20,000 nucleotides of DNA from IMG/VR virus record IMGVR_UViG_3300019372_000169; one strand, written 5' to 3'. The first letter of the stretch is position 1. Every line of letters begins with the position of its first letter. Position numbers and translations under genes: made by a program. This stretch comes from an uncultured virus (IMG/VR IMGVR_UViG_3300019372_000169) (Duplodnaviria > Heunggongvirae > Uroviricota > Caudoviricetes). Below, in pieces: positions 7,279-15,648 of this stretch. The notes beneath the pieces are model-generated. The model was not told the origin of the DNA, ran no database searches, and worked only from the letters and a program-made list of their open reading frames with translations.

Positions 7279-8604
7279 GTGGATATACGAAGCCTAAAGC
7301 TGTCGGAGGTGAATCCGGCAAAATACAATCCGCGCAAGGAGCTGCGTCCCGGCGATGCGGAGTTTGAGAAGCTCAAGCGTTCCATCGAGAGCTTCGGCTA
7401 TGTGGAGCTGATCGTCGTCAACGAGGCGACGGGCTTCACGGTCATTTCCGGTCATCAGCGGCTCTCCGTTTTGAAAGCACTCGGCTATGAGAGCGCGGAG
7501 TGCGTGGTGGTGAGCTTGGATGCCACCCGTGAAAAGGCACTCAACATCGCCATGAATAAAATTTCCGGCGAGTGGGATACGAAAAAGCTCGAAAACCTGC
7601 TCTCGGATTTGAAAGCGGAGGACTTCGACGTCACGCTGACCGGTTTCGATACCAGCGAGATTGGGCTCATGCTCGGTGTTGATGATGAAATCGTGCAGGA
7701 TATTGTGCCGGAGGTCAATACAGATGAGCCAACGGTATGCGAGTCCGGCGACATTTGGCAGCTCGGACGGCATCGGCTGCTCTGCGGCAGCAGCACCGAT
7801 AAAAGCAATGTTGCCAGACTGATGGACGGGCAGAAAAGCAAGCTGCTCTTTACATCGCCGCCGTACAGTGATATGCGAACCTACAACGGCGATAAGGAGC
7901 TGTCGGTCGAGAGCATTGCGCAGTTTCTCCCTTGCTATGAACCGTTCGCCGCGCTGCAAGCTGTCAATCTCGGAATCCAGCGCAAGGACGGCGAGGTTTA
8001 TCCCTATTGGAATACTTACATCGACACGGCGAAGCAAGCCGGTCTAAAGCTGCTGGCGTGGAATGTGTGGGATAAGCTCACCTGCGGCAGCGTCGGACAG
8101 CAAAGCGCGATGATACCCATCCGGCATGAATGGATATTCTGCTTTGGCAAAGAGCCGGTGGTAGTGAATCCGACGTGGCGCAAGAAGGAAGCCAGCATTT
8201 ACTCCGGCGGGCGCTACAACAAAATCCGTCAGGCGGACGGCTCCTTTCGGATTGCGCGGCGCGGCAATGAAACCGGCGCATTCAAGAAGATGGAAAGCTT
8301 GCTGGAGCTGCCGGAGCAGACCAGCCTTGAGTCGGTCACGAAGCAGCTCAGTGAAAAAGGCAAGATTCGCGCCGAGCACCCCGCCACTTTCCCCGTGGCA
8401 CTGCCGTCGGAATACATTGTCGCTTTTACCGATGAAAATGACGTTGTGGTCGAACCCTTTGGCGGCGCGGGCACGACGCTCATCGCCTGTGAGCAGCTTG
8501 ACCGCACCTGTTACATCATGGAGCTGGACGCGCACTACTGCGATGTCATGATCAAGCGCTGGGAAAATTTCACCGGCAAAACCGCCGTGAAGCAGGAGGA
8601 CTGA
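7279..8604 (+). CDS. ParB-like N-terminal domain fused to beta-class amino-methyltransferase (SPPY type)
   Basis: GTG 7279 after AGGAGG. YNPRK...GHQRL...NKISGEWD (ParB/Srx-like), LGRHRLLCG, TSPPY, HPATFP, EPFGGAGTT. Confidence 0.85.
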   Translation: MDIRSLKLSEVNPAKYNPRKELRPGDAEFEKLKRSIESFGYVELIVVNEATGFTVISGHQRLSVLKALGYESAECVVVSLDATREKALNIAMNKISGEWDTKKLENLLSDLKAEDFDVTLTGFDTSEIGLMLGVDDEIVQDIVPEVNTDEPTVCESGDIWQLGRHRLLCGSSTDKSNVARLMDGQKSKLLFTSPPYSDMRTYNGDKELSVESIAQFLPCYEPFAALQAVNLGIQRKDGEVYPYWNTYIDTAKQAGLKLLAWNVWDKLTCGSVGQQSAMIPIRHEWIFCFGKEPVVVNPTWRKKEASIYSGGRYNKIRQADGSFRIARRGNETGAFKKMESLLELPEQTSLESVTKQLSEKGKIRAEHPATFPVALPSEYIVAFTDENDVVVEPFGGAGTTLIACEQLDRTCYIMELDAHYCDVMIKRWENFTGKTAVKQED

Positions 8605-8606
8605 TT

Positions 8607-9851
8607 ATGGATGTACGAAAAATACCCGTGGAGCAGCTCATTCCCGCCGATTACAATCCCCGTAAGGATTTGAAACCCGGCGATCCCGAATATGACAAGC
8701 TGAAGCGCTCCATCGAACAATTCGGCTATGTCGAGCCACTCATCTGGAATAAGACCACAGGCAGAATTGTCGGTGGTCACCAGCGTCTAAAGGTGCTCAT
8801 CGATATGGGCATTCCAGAAGTAGACTGCGTGGTGGTAGAGCTACCGGAGGAAAAGGAAAAAGCACTCAACATCGCCCTCAACAAGATTTCCGGCGAGTGG
8901 GATAAGGACAAGCTGGCACTGCTCATCGCGGATTTGCAGGGTACTGATTTTGACGTTTCGCTGACCGGCTTCGACCCCGCAGAGCTGGACGATCTGTTCA
9001 AGGATAAGGTCAAGGACAAAATCCACGATGATGATTTCGATGTGGAGGCAGCGCTCAAGGAGCCGGTCATCACCAAGCTCGGCGATGCCTGGACGCTGGG
9101 GCGGCACCGGCTGGTCTGCGGCGACAGCACCCAATCGGATACTTTCGAGCTGCTGATGGCCGGCGCAAAAGCAAATCTCGTCATTACGGACCCGCCATAC
9201 AACGTCAACTACGAGGGCAGTGCCGGAAAAATCAAAAATGACCATATGGCAAACGACGCATTTTACAGATTCCTGCTGGTGGCATTCCAGAACATCGAAG
9301 CAGTTATGGCGGACGATGCCAGTATCTATATTTTTCATTCCGACACCGAGGGGCTGAATTTCAGGAGAGCCTTTGCGGATGCCGGTTTCTTTTTGTCCGG
9401 CTGCTGCATCTGGAAAAAGCAGTCACTGGTGCTGGGGCGCTCGCCCTATCAGTGGCAGCACGAGCCGGTGCTGTTTGGCTGGAAGAAAAAAGGCAAGCAC
9501 CAGTGGTATACCGGACGCAAGGAAACGACCATCTGGGAGTTCGACAAGCCCAAGAAGAACGGCGACCATCCGACCATGAAGCCAATCCCGCTGCTGGCAT
9601 ACCCGATTATGAATTCCAGCATGAGCAATACGCTGGTGCTTGACCCCTTCGGCGGCTCTGGCAGTACTCTCATCGCCTGTGAGCAAAGCGACCGCTCCTG
9701 CTACACCATTGAGCTTGACGAAAAGTTTTGTGACGTGATCGTGAAACGCTACATCGAGCAGGTCGGTTCGGCGGACAAGGTTTCCGTACAGCGCGACGGG
9801 CTGACGTATGCCTATGCGGAGATGGTTGCCCGTGAGAATAGCAATTCTTGA
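8607..9851 (+). CDS. ParB-like N-terminal domain fused to beta-class N6-adenine methyltransferase (DPPY type)
   Basis: AGGAGG RBS. YNPRK...GHQRL...NKISGEWD, TDPPYNV, HPTMKP, DPFGGSGST. Confidence 0.9.
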   Translation: MDVRKIPVEQLIPADYNPRKDLKPGDPEYDKLKRSIEQFGYVEPLIWNKTTGRIVGGHQRLKVLIDMGIPEVDCVVVELPEEKEKALNIALNKISGEWDKDKLALLIADLQGTDFDVSLTGFDPAELDDLFKDKVKDKIHDDDFDVEAALKEPVITKLGDAWTLGRHRLVCGDSTQSDTFELLMAGAKANLVITDPPYNVNYEGSAGKIKNDHMANDAFYRFLLVAFQNIEAVMADDASIYIFHSDTEGLNFRRAFADAGFFLSGCCIWKKQSLVLGRSPYQWQHEPVLFGWKKKGKHQWYTGRKETTIWEFDKPKKNGDHPTMKPIPLLAYPIMNSSMSNTLVLDPFGGSGSTLIACEQSDRSCYTIELDEKFCDVIVKRYIEQVGSADKVSVQRDGLTYAYAEMVARENSNS

Positions 9852-10038
9852 TTTTGAGGTGCAAGCGACACCGCTCTCCAAAGCTCGTCTGCACGAACTA
9901 TGCGCTGGCGCATTATTTGAAGCTGCAGGAATACGACTCCTAGTATTTCTCTCCAAGGCATAATACCCACACTTCCCGCAGGTACAGCTTTCGGCGGTTT
10001 GTGCATACCGGAGAATGTCGTTTTTCTCTCACAGAAAG

Positions 10039-10089
10039 CTTGCTATTTCAGGCGTTTAGAGTGATATATGTACCTACCAAATTGAAAGG
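10039..10089 (+). promoter_or_regulatory. Repeated promoter-like motif, copy 1
   Basis: CTTGCTATT-N4-GCnTTTAGAGyGA(T)ATATGTACCTrCC followed by GAAAGG. 32/40 identical to 11614-11652 and directly upstream of a gene start. Confidence 0.6.
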
Positions 10090-10100
10090 TGGTACATGAA

Positions 10101-10385
10101 ATGCACGACAATGACTTGAAAAAAGCGCTCGACGACTTCCTCCAGCAGCGCATCGACGACTGCGGAGCACGCGACAATGAGGGCTTGCAGGAAGCCTATC
10201 AGAAGTTTAAACGCTGCACCGAAAAACTGAAAAGCTCACTGACCCCGGAGCAGCGTCAGGCGTACCTCGAATGGGAAAACGCCTACTCTCTGGTGGACGG
10301 CGAGACGATGAACTGCTACTACCGTGCCGGGTTTTCCGACGCGGTATTGTTTTTCATGGGATGGAGGGACGGAGAATGGAAATGA
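10101..10385 (+). CDS. Small helical hypothetical protein (94 aa), possibly DUF6809-like
   Basis: AAAGGTGG RBS, then ATG 10101. C-terminal YYRAGFSDA; overlaps the next start. Confidence 0.7.
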   Translation: MHDNDLKKALDDFLQQRIDDCGARDNEGLQEAYQKFKRCTEKLKSSLTPEQRQAYLEWENAYSLVDGETMNCYYRAGFSDAVLFFMGWRDGEWK

Positions 10386-11137
10386 AGTACAACGTCACGG
10401 GCAGCGACCGCAAGCGGCTGGTCACGGCAATCGCGGAATTTATGGAATGCGCGGCAACGTACAAGGGCGCTCCGACCTTCGCCTATGAGGTGGGCTGCTT
10501 TACCATCGACAAAAATGGCACCGTCTGCTTTGACGACCGCAATCCGCAACGCGCGGGGAGCGCCGACAGCGAGAAAATTGAAAAGCTCATCCAGCGGCTG
10601 CATGAACTGGGCTTTGAAGCGGAAACCGAGGAAGCCGTCGATTCCCTTGTTCTTTCCTACCCGCGGGAGGACATCACCGACGCGGCACTTGAAAACCTGC
10701 GTCTGCTGGTGGCAAGCAAGGAGACACTCATCAAAAAGGCGCTGGCGGTCGATGCTCTGCCGATTGAGGTGGACGATGAGAAGGTCAGCTTCCCGTGGTT
10801 TGACGGCTTTCCGACACCGGAGGAAATCAGCGCCTACACACACTTTACGAGCAAGCTTATCAGTATGGCGAAAACGCAGAAGCGCGTAATCGCCAAGGAA
10901 AAGGAAACCGAGAACGACAAATACGCATTCCGCTGCTTTCTGCTCCGGCTCGGCTTCATCGGTGACGAGTACAAAGCGGCTCGGAAAATCCTGCTGAAGA
11001 ATCTCACCGGCAGCGGCGCGTTCAAAAGCGGCAATTCCAAGGCGCAGAAGTACATCGAAAAGATTGAAACGAACGCTGACCTTTACGACGATGTGATGAG
11101 CCTGCAGGACAAGGAGGAAACTGAAAATGAGCAATAA
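10376..11137 (+). CDS. Conserved phage protein usually annotated 'virulence-related protein' (function unknown)
   Basis: MEMKYNVTGSDRKRLV...YKGAPTFAYEVG...KVSFPWF...ENDKYAFRCFLLRLGFIGDEYK..RKILL.NL.GSGAFK. GGAGG RBS. Confidence 0.75.
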   Translation: MEMKYNVTGSDRKRLVTAIAEFMECAATYKGAPTFAYEVGCFTIDKNGTVCFDDRNPQRAGSADSEKIEKLIQRLHELGFEAETEEAVDSLVLSYPREDITDAALENLRLLVASKETLIKKALAVDALPIEVDDEKVSFPWFDGFPTPEEISAYTHFTSKLISMAKTQKRVIAKEKETENDKYAFRCFLLRLGFIGDEYKAARKILLKNLTGSGAFKSGNSKAQKYIEKIETNADLYDDVMSLQDKEETENEQ

Positions 11138-11363
11138 TTTTCCGCCCAGAGAAATTGTGGAGCGTATCCGCAGGCAGTATCCGGTCGGCAGCCGTGTGGA
11201 GCTTGTCAAAATGGACGACCCGCAGGCGCCTCCGGTCGGCACAAAGGGCACCGTGCGCGGCGTGGACGACATCGGCAGCGTGATGGTCGCATGGGACAAC
11301 GGGAGTGGCCTTTCGGTTGCCTATGGCGCGGACGTCTGCAGGGTGGTGAGCGATGATGAGTGA
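11127..11363 (+). CDS. DUF4314-like protein
   Basis: YPVGSRVELVKMDDPQAPPVGTKGTV.GVDDIG...V.WDNGSGL. AAGGAGG RBS. Confidence 0.8.
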   Translation: MSNNFPPREIVERIRRQYPVGSRVELVKMDDPQAPPVGTKGTVRGVDDIGSVMVAWDNGSGLSVAYGADVCRVVSDDE

Positions 11364-11541
11364 AACAGTCAAGAAGCAAATTCTTGCCGTGCGTGACACC
11401 GGACGCACGAATATGTTTGATATCCATGCAGTTCAGCGCATTGCGTATGACATGGAGTTCTATGAACTGGTGACCTATCTGGAAGATCATCGCCGCGAAT
11501 ATGCACACTTCATCCTCACCGGAGAGGAACAACGGCTGTAA
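11353..11541 (+). CDS. DUF5049-like protein
   Basis: QILAVRDTGRTNMFD..AVQRIA...FYELV.YLE....EY..FILTG; overlaps the upstream stop. Confidence 0.8.
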   Translation: MMSETVKKQILAVRDTGRTNMFDIHAVQRIAYDMEFYELVTYLEDHRREYAHFILTGEEQRL

Positions 11542-11613
11542 CCTACACAATTTTAGTGGCGACAAGGGGCTTCATATTCGTGGGGTTTACAGCAGGACAT
11601 ATCGCGTAATGGA

Positions 11614-11658
11614 CTTGCTATTCTGTGCTTTTAGAGCGAATATGTACCTGCCGAAAGG
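11614..11658 (+). promoter_or_regulatory. Repeated promoter-like motif, copy 2
   Basis: CTTGCTATTCTGTGCTTTTAGAGCGAATATGTACCTGCCGAAAGG; homologous to copy 1 at 10039. Confidence 0.6.
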
Positions 11659-11687
11659 AAATTACAAATTTACAGGAGGACACGACC

Positions 11688-11867
11688 ATGACAGAGAAGC
11701 AGCTCAAGCAGGCCAAGAGCCAGCTGCCGCAGGGCGAGAAATTCGACAGAGCCTACCGCGCCTTTGAAGGCGGCATTCGCTTAATTTCCAAGAAAGCCGA
11801 CGGAACGGAAACCCGCTACAAGGTCGTTTTCGACGCTGACGACAACGTCCGCATCGAGAAATTTTAA
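11688..11867 (+). CDS. Small hypothetical protein (59 aa)
   Basis: AGGAGG RBS at ~11674-11679, ATG 11688 (MTEKQLKQAK...VRIEKF), followed by hairpins. Confidence 0.75.
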   Translation: MTEKQLKQAKSQLPQGEKFDRAYRAFEGGIRLISKKADGTETRYKVVFDADDNVRIEKF

Positions 11868-11885
11868 ACCACCGAAAAAAACAGC

Positions 11886-11958
11886 CGAGGTCAGCCCTTC
11901 AGGGGCTGTATCTCGCACAGATAAATTTTGAAGGACTGCCGATGGCGGTCTATTTTTA
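11886..11958 (+). terminator. Two tandem hairpins, the second terminator-like
   Basis: CAGCCC/GGGCTG (11892-11908) with outer CGAG/CTCG; then GACTGCC-GAT-GGCGGTC (11934-11950) followed by TATTTTTAT. Confidence 0.65.
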
Positions 11959-11981
11959 TGCCCGGAAGGAGGCGGCGGCTC

Positions 11982-13583
11982 TTGCGCAAGCTGAAAAAAT
12001 ACAAGCAAACGCGCTTTAAGGCGCAGGATTCAACCTATGACAAGGCAGCCGCCGACTACGCTGTGGCATTTATCGAAGCGCTCTGCCACACCAAAGGGAC
12101 ATGGGCGGGAAAGCCCTTCGAGCTGATTGACTGGCAGGAGCAGATTGTGCGGGATATTTTCGGCACACTCAAGCCCAACGGCTACCGGCAGTTCAACACT
12201 GCCTATGTGGAAATTCCCAAAAAGATGGGCAAGTCCGAGCTTGCGGCGGCAATCGCGCTGCTTCTCACCTGCGGGGATGGCGAGGAACGCGCCGAGGTAT
12301 ACGGCTGTGCCGCTGACCGCAATCAGGCCTCCATTGTTTTCAACGTTGCTGCGGATATGGTGCGAATGTGTCCGGCGCTTGCCAAGCGGGTGAAAATACT
12401 GGACGCGACCAAGCGGCTCATCTATCAGCCCACCGGGAGCATCTATCAAGTACTCTCCGCCGATGTCGGAAACAAGCACGGGTTTAATACCCACGGCGTG
12501 GTGTTTGACGAGCTGCACACCCAGCCCAATCGAAAGCTCTATGACGTGATGACCAAAGGCAGCGGTGATGCCAGAATGCAGCCGCTGTATTTTCTCATCA
12601 CCACCGCCGGCGATAATCAGAACAGCATTTGCTGGGAGGTGCATCAGAAGGCGCTCGATATTATTGATGGCAGAAAACACGATCCGACCTTCTATCCTGT
12701 CATTTACGGCGCGGCGCAGGAGGACGATTGGACGGACCCGAAGGTATGGCGGAAAGCAAATCCGTCGCTTGGCATCACCGTCGGCATGGATAAAGTCAAG
12801 GCGGCATTTGAATCGGCAAGGCAGAATCCCGCCGAGGAGAACAGTTTCCGACAGCTGCGTCTCAATCAATGGGTCAAACAGTCGGTGCGCTGGATGCCGA
12901 TGGACAAGTGGGATGCCTGCGCGTTTCCGGTAAACGAAAAAGCGCTGGAAGGCCGCGTCTGCTACGGCGGGCTTGACCTTTCGTCCTCAACCGACATTAC
13001 GGCTTTTGTTCTGGTTTTCCCGCCGCTGGATGAAGAGGATAAATACAGCGTTCTCCCGTACTTCTGGATACCGGAGGACAACATCGAGCTGCGCGTGAAG
13101 CGTGATCATGTGAATTATGACCTCTGGCAGAGGCAGGGCTTTCTTCAAACCACCGAGGGCAATGTCGTGCATTACGGGTACATCGAGAAATTCATCGAGC
13201 AGCTTGGAGAAAAATACAACATCCGCGAGATTGCTTTCGACCGATGGGGCGCTGTGCAAATGGTGCAGAACCTTGAGGGCATGGGCTTTACGGTCGTTCC
13301 ATTCGGACAGGGCTTTAAGGATATGAGTCCGCCCACCAAGGAGCTGATGAAGCTGACATTGGAAGAAAAAATTGCCCACGGCGGGCATCCGATCCTGCGC
13401 TGGATGATGGATAACATCTTTATCCGAACAGACCCCGCCGGAAATATCAAGGCGGACAAGGAGAAGTCCACAGAAAAGATTGACGGCGCGGTCGCCACCA
13501 TTATGGCACTGGATCGGGCGATTCGGTGCGGCAACGATACGGGCGAGAGCGTTTACGACAAGCGCGGCTTGCTCATTTGGTAA
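11982..13583 (+). CDS. terL: Terminase large subunit
   Basis: TTG 11982 after AAGGAGG. Walker A IPKKMGKSE, Walker B VVFDELH, coupling motif ITTAG, nuclease GLDLSS..D and KIDGAVA. Confidence 0.95.
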   Translation: MRKLKKYKQTRFKAQDSTYDKAAADYAVAFIEALCHTKGTWAGKPFELIDWQEQIVRDIFGTLKPNGYRQFNTAYVEIPKKMGKSELAAAIALLLTCGDGEERAEVYGCAADRNQASIVFNVAADMVRMCPALAKRVKILDATKRLIYQPTGSIYQVLSADVGNKHGFNTHGVVFDELHTQPNRKLYDVMTKGSGDARMQPLYFLITTAGDNQNSICWEVHQKALDIIDGRKHDPTFYPVIYGAAQEDDWTDPKVWRKANPSLGITVGMDKVKAAFESARQNPAEENSFRQLRLNQWVKQSVRWMPMDKWDACAFPVNEKALEGRVCYGGLDLSSSTDITAFVLVFPPLDEEDKYSVLPYFWIPEDNIELRVKRDHVNYDLWQRQGFLQTTEGNVVHYGYIEKFIEQLGEKYNIREIAFDRWGAVQMVQNLEGMGFTVVPFGQGFKDMSPPTKELMKLTLEEKIAHGGHPILRWMMDNIFIRTDPAGNIKADKEKSTEKIDGAVATIMALDRAIRCGNDTGESVYDKRGLLIW

Positions 13584-13598
13584 GGAGGCACACAGCCT

Positions 13599-14912
13599 AT
13601 GGGCATACTACAAAGCATTTTTAAAGCCCGCGACAAGCCACAGAAATCTTCCGCTAAAAACCTCGGCGGCAGCAGTTTTTTGTGGGGCGGCACGACATCG
13701 GGCAAGGTCGTCAATGAAAGAACCGCCATGCAGATGACGGCGGTTTACTCCTGCGTCCGCATTCTATCAGAAGCAATCGCGGGTCTGCCGCTGTTCGTTT
13801 ACAGGTACAGCGCGGACGGCAGCAAGGAGAAATATCTTGACCATCCGCTGTGGCGGGTCTTGCACGACGAACCGAATCCTGAAATGACCTCGTTTGTCTT
13901 TCGGGAAACCATGATGAACCATCTGCTGCTGACGGGTAACGCCTATGCGCAGATTATCCGAAACGCGCGCGGCGAGGTCGTGGCGCTCTACCCGCTCATG
14001 CCGGACAGAGTCACGGTGGACAGGGATTCGCAGGGGCGACTGTACTACCGTTATTACAAATGCAGCGACGAAGCGCCGGAGGTCGGAAAGGCAAAGCAAG
14101 CAGATATTGTATTCGCGCCGACGGACATTCTCCATGTGCTGGGGCTTGGGTACGACGGGCTGGTGGGCTATTCACCGATTGCGATGGCGAAAAACGCCGT
14201 GGGCTTGGCAATGGCGGCGGAGGAATACGGCGCGAAATTTTTCGCCAACGGCGCGGCGCCCTCCGGTGTTCTGGAGCACCCCGGCACCATCAAAGACCCG
14301 GAGCGCATCCGGCAAAGCTGGCAGTCCACCTTCGGCGGCAGCTCCAACAGCAACAAAATCGCCGTGCTGGAGGAAGGGCTCAAGTACACGCCCATCGCCA
14401 TTTCTCCCGAACAGGCGCAGTTTTTGGAAACACGCAAGTTCCAAATCAATGAAATCGCTCGAATTTTCAGGGTGCCGCCGCATATGCTGGCAGACCTTGA
14501 GAAATCGAGCTTTTCCAATATTGAGCAGCAGTCGCTGGAGTTTGTGAAATACACGCTGGACCCGTGGGTGATTCGCTGGGAGCAGGCGATGAACAAATCG
14601 CTTCTGCTCGACAGCGAAAAGTGCGCGGTGTTTACAAAATTCAATGTGGACGGTCTGCTCCGCGGCGACTACGCCAGTCGCATGACAGGCTACGCGACGG
14701 CAAGGCAGAACGGCTGGATGTCGGCAAATGACATTCGAGAGCTGGAAAACCTCGACCGAATCCCTGCCGAACTCGGCGGCGACCTGTATCTCATCAACGG
14801 CGCGATGACCAAGCTTGAAGACGCCGGCGCGTTTGCAAATACAACTTCAGCAGAAACGGAGGAACCCTCAGATGGACAAAACAAAACGAAGTCCCGTCCG
14901 GGCGCGCGATAA
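13599..14912 (+). CDS. Portal protein (HK97 family)
   Basis: AVYSCVRILSE.IA.LP, GNAYA, GYSPI, FFANGAAPSGVL, IARIFRVPPH, FSNIEQQ. Confidence 0.95.
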   Translation: MGILQSIFKARDKPQKSSAKNLGGSSFLWGGTTSGKVVNERTAMQMTAVYSCVRILSEAIAGLPLFVYRYSADGSKEKYLDHPLWRVLHDEPNPEMTSFVFRETMMNHLLLTGNAYAQIIRNARGEVVALYPLMPDRVTVDRDSQGRLYYRYYKCSDEAPEVGKAKQADIVFAPTDILHVLGLGYDGLVGYSPIAMAKNAVGLAMAAEEYGAKFFANGAAPSGVLEHPGTIKDPERIRQSWQSTFGGSSNSNKIAVLEEGLKYTPIAISPEQAQFLETRKFQINEIARIFRVPPHMLADLEKSSFSNIEQQSLEFVKYTLDPWVIRWEQAMNKSLLLDSEKCAVFTKFNVDGLLRGDYASRMTGYATARQNGWMSANDIRELENLDRIPAELGGDLYLINGAMTKLEDAGAFANTTSAETEEPSDGQNKTKSRPGAR

Positions 14913-15633
14913 AACGCATTTCTGGAACTGGGACAACGACGAAAACACAGACGCTCGCACCCTATACCTCGATGGTACGATTGCGGATGAAAGCTGGTGG
15001 GGTGATGAAATCACACCGCGCATGTTTAAGGATGAGCTGATGGCCGGCGACAGCGACATCGTGGTGTGGATTAACTCGCCCGGCGGCGACTGCGTGGCGG
15101 CTTCACAAATCTACTCGATGCTCATGGATTACAAAGGAAACGTCACGGTCAAAATCGACGGCATCGCGGCAAGTGCGGCAAGCGTCATCGCGATGGCGGG
15201 AACCAAAGTCCTCATGGCGCCCACGGCGCTCATGATGATTCACAATCCGCTGACTGTTGCCATCGGCGACACCGAGGAAATGCAGAAAGCAATCGATATG
15301 CTCTCCGAGGTCAAGGAAAGTATCATCAACGCCTACGAAATCAAGACCGAGCAGTCGCGGGCGAAAATCTCGCATCTCATGGACGGCGAAACCTATATGA
15401 ATGCCAACAAAGCCATCGAGCTGGGCTTTGCGGACGGCATTCTCGAGGACGCGAAACGCGGCCGCACCGAGGATGTCGTTTTTGCTTTTTCCCGCAGGGC
15501 GGTTACCAATTCGCTCATAAACAAGCTCATCCCGAAATCCGCTCCGAAAGCGGAAAAGAAGCCGGAGAACGTCCCTAAGGGCGTTTCCATCACCGAGGCC
15601 ATGCAGAAGCTGCAGGCTCGTAAATACATTTAA
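14872..15633 (+). CDS. ClpP-type head maturation protease
   Basis: ATG 14872 after GGAGG, overlapping the portal by 41 nt. INSPGGD, IAASAAS (catalytic Ser), MIHNP (His), ETYM...LGFAD. Confidence 0.92.
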   Translation: MDKTKRSPVRARDKTHFWNWDNDENTDARTLYLDGTIADESWWGDEITPRMFKDELMAGDSDIVVWINSPGGDCVAASQIYSMLMDYKGNVTVKIDGIAASAASVIAMAGTKVLMAPTALMMIHNPLTVAIGDTEEMQKAIDMLSEVKESIINAYEIKTEQSRAKISHLMDGETYMNANKAIELGFADGILEDAKRGRTEDVVFAFSRRAVTNSLINKLIPKSAPKAEKKPENVPKGVSITEAMQKLQARKYI

Positions 15634-15648
15634 CGGAGGTATTGGATT

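Noticed and set aside
6222..9851. HNH plus methyltransferases as a restriction-modification system
   Set aside because: The HNH has the size, motifs and position of a terminase-associated packaging cofactor, not a cognate restriction enzyme.
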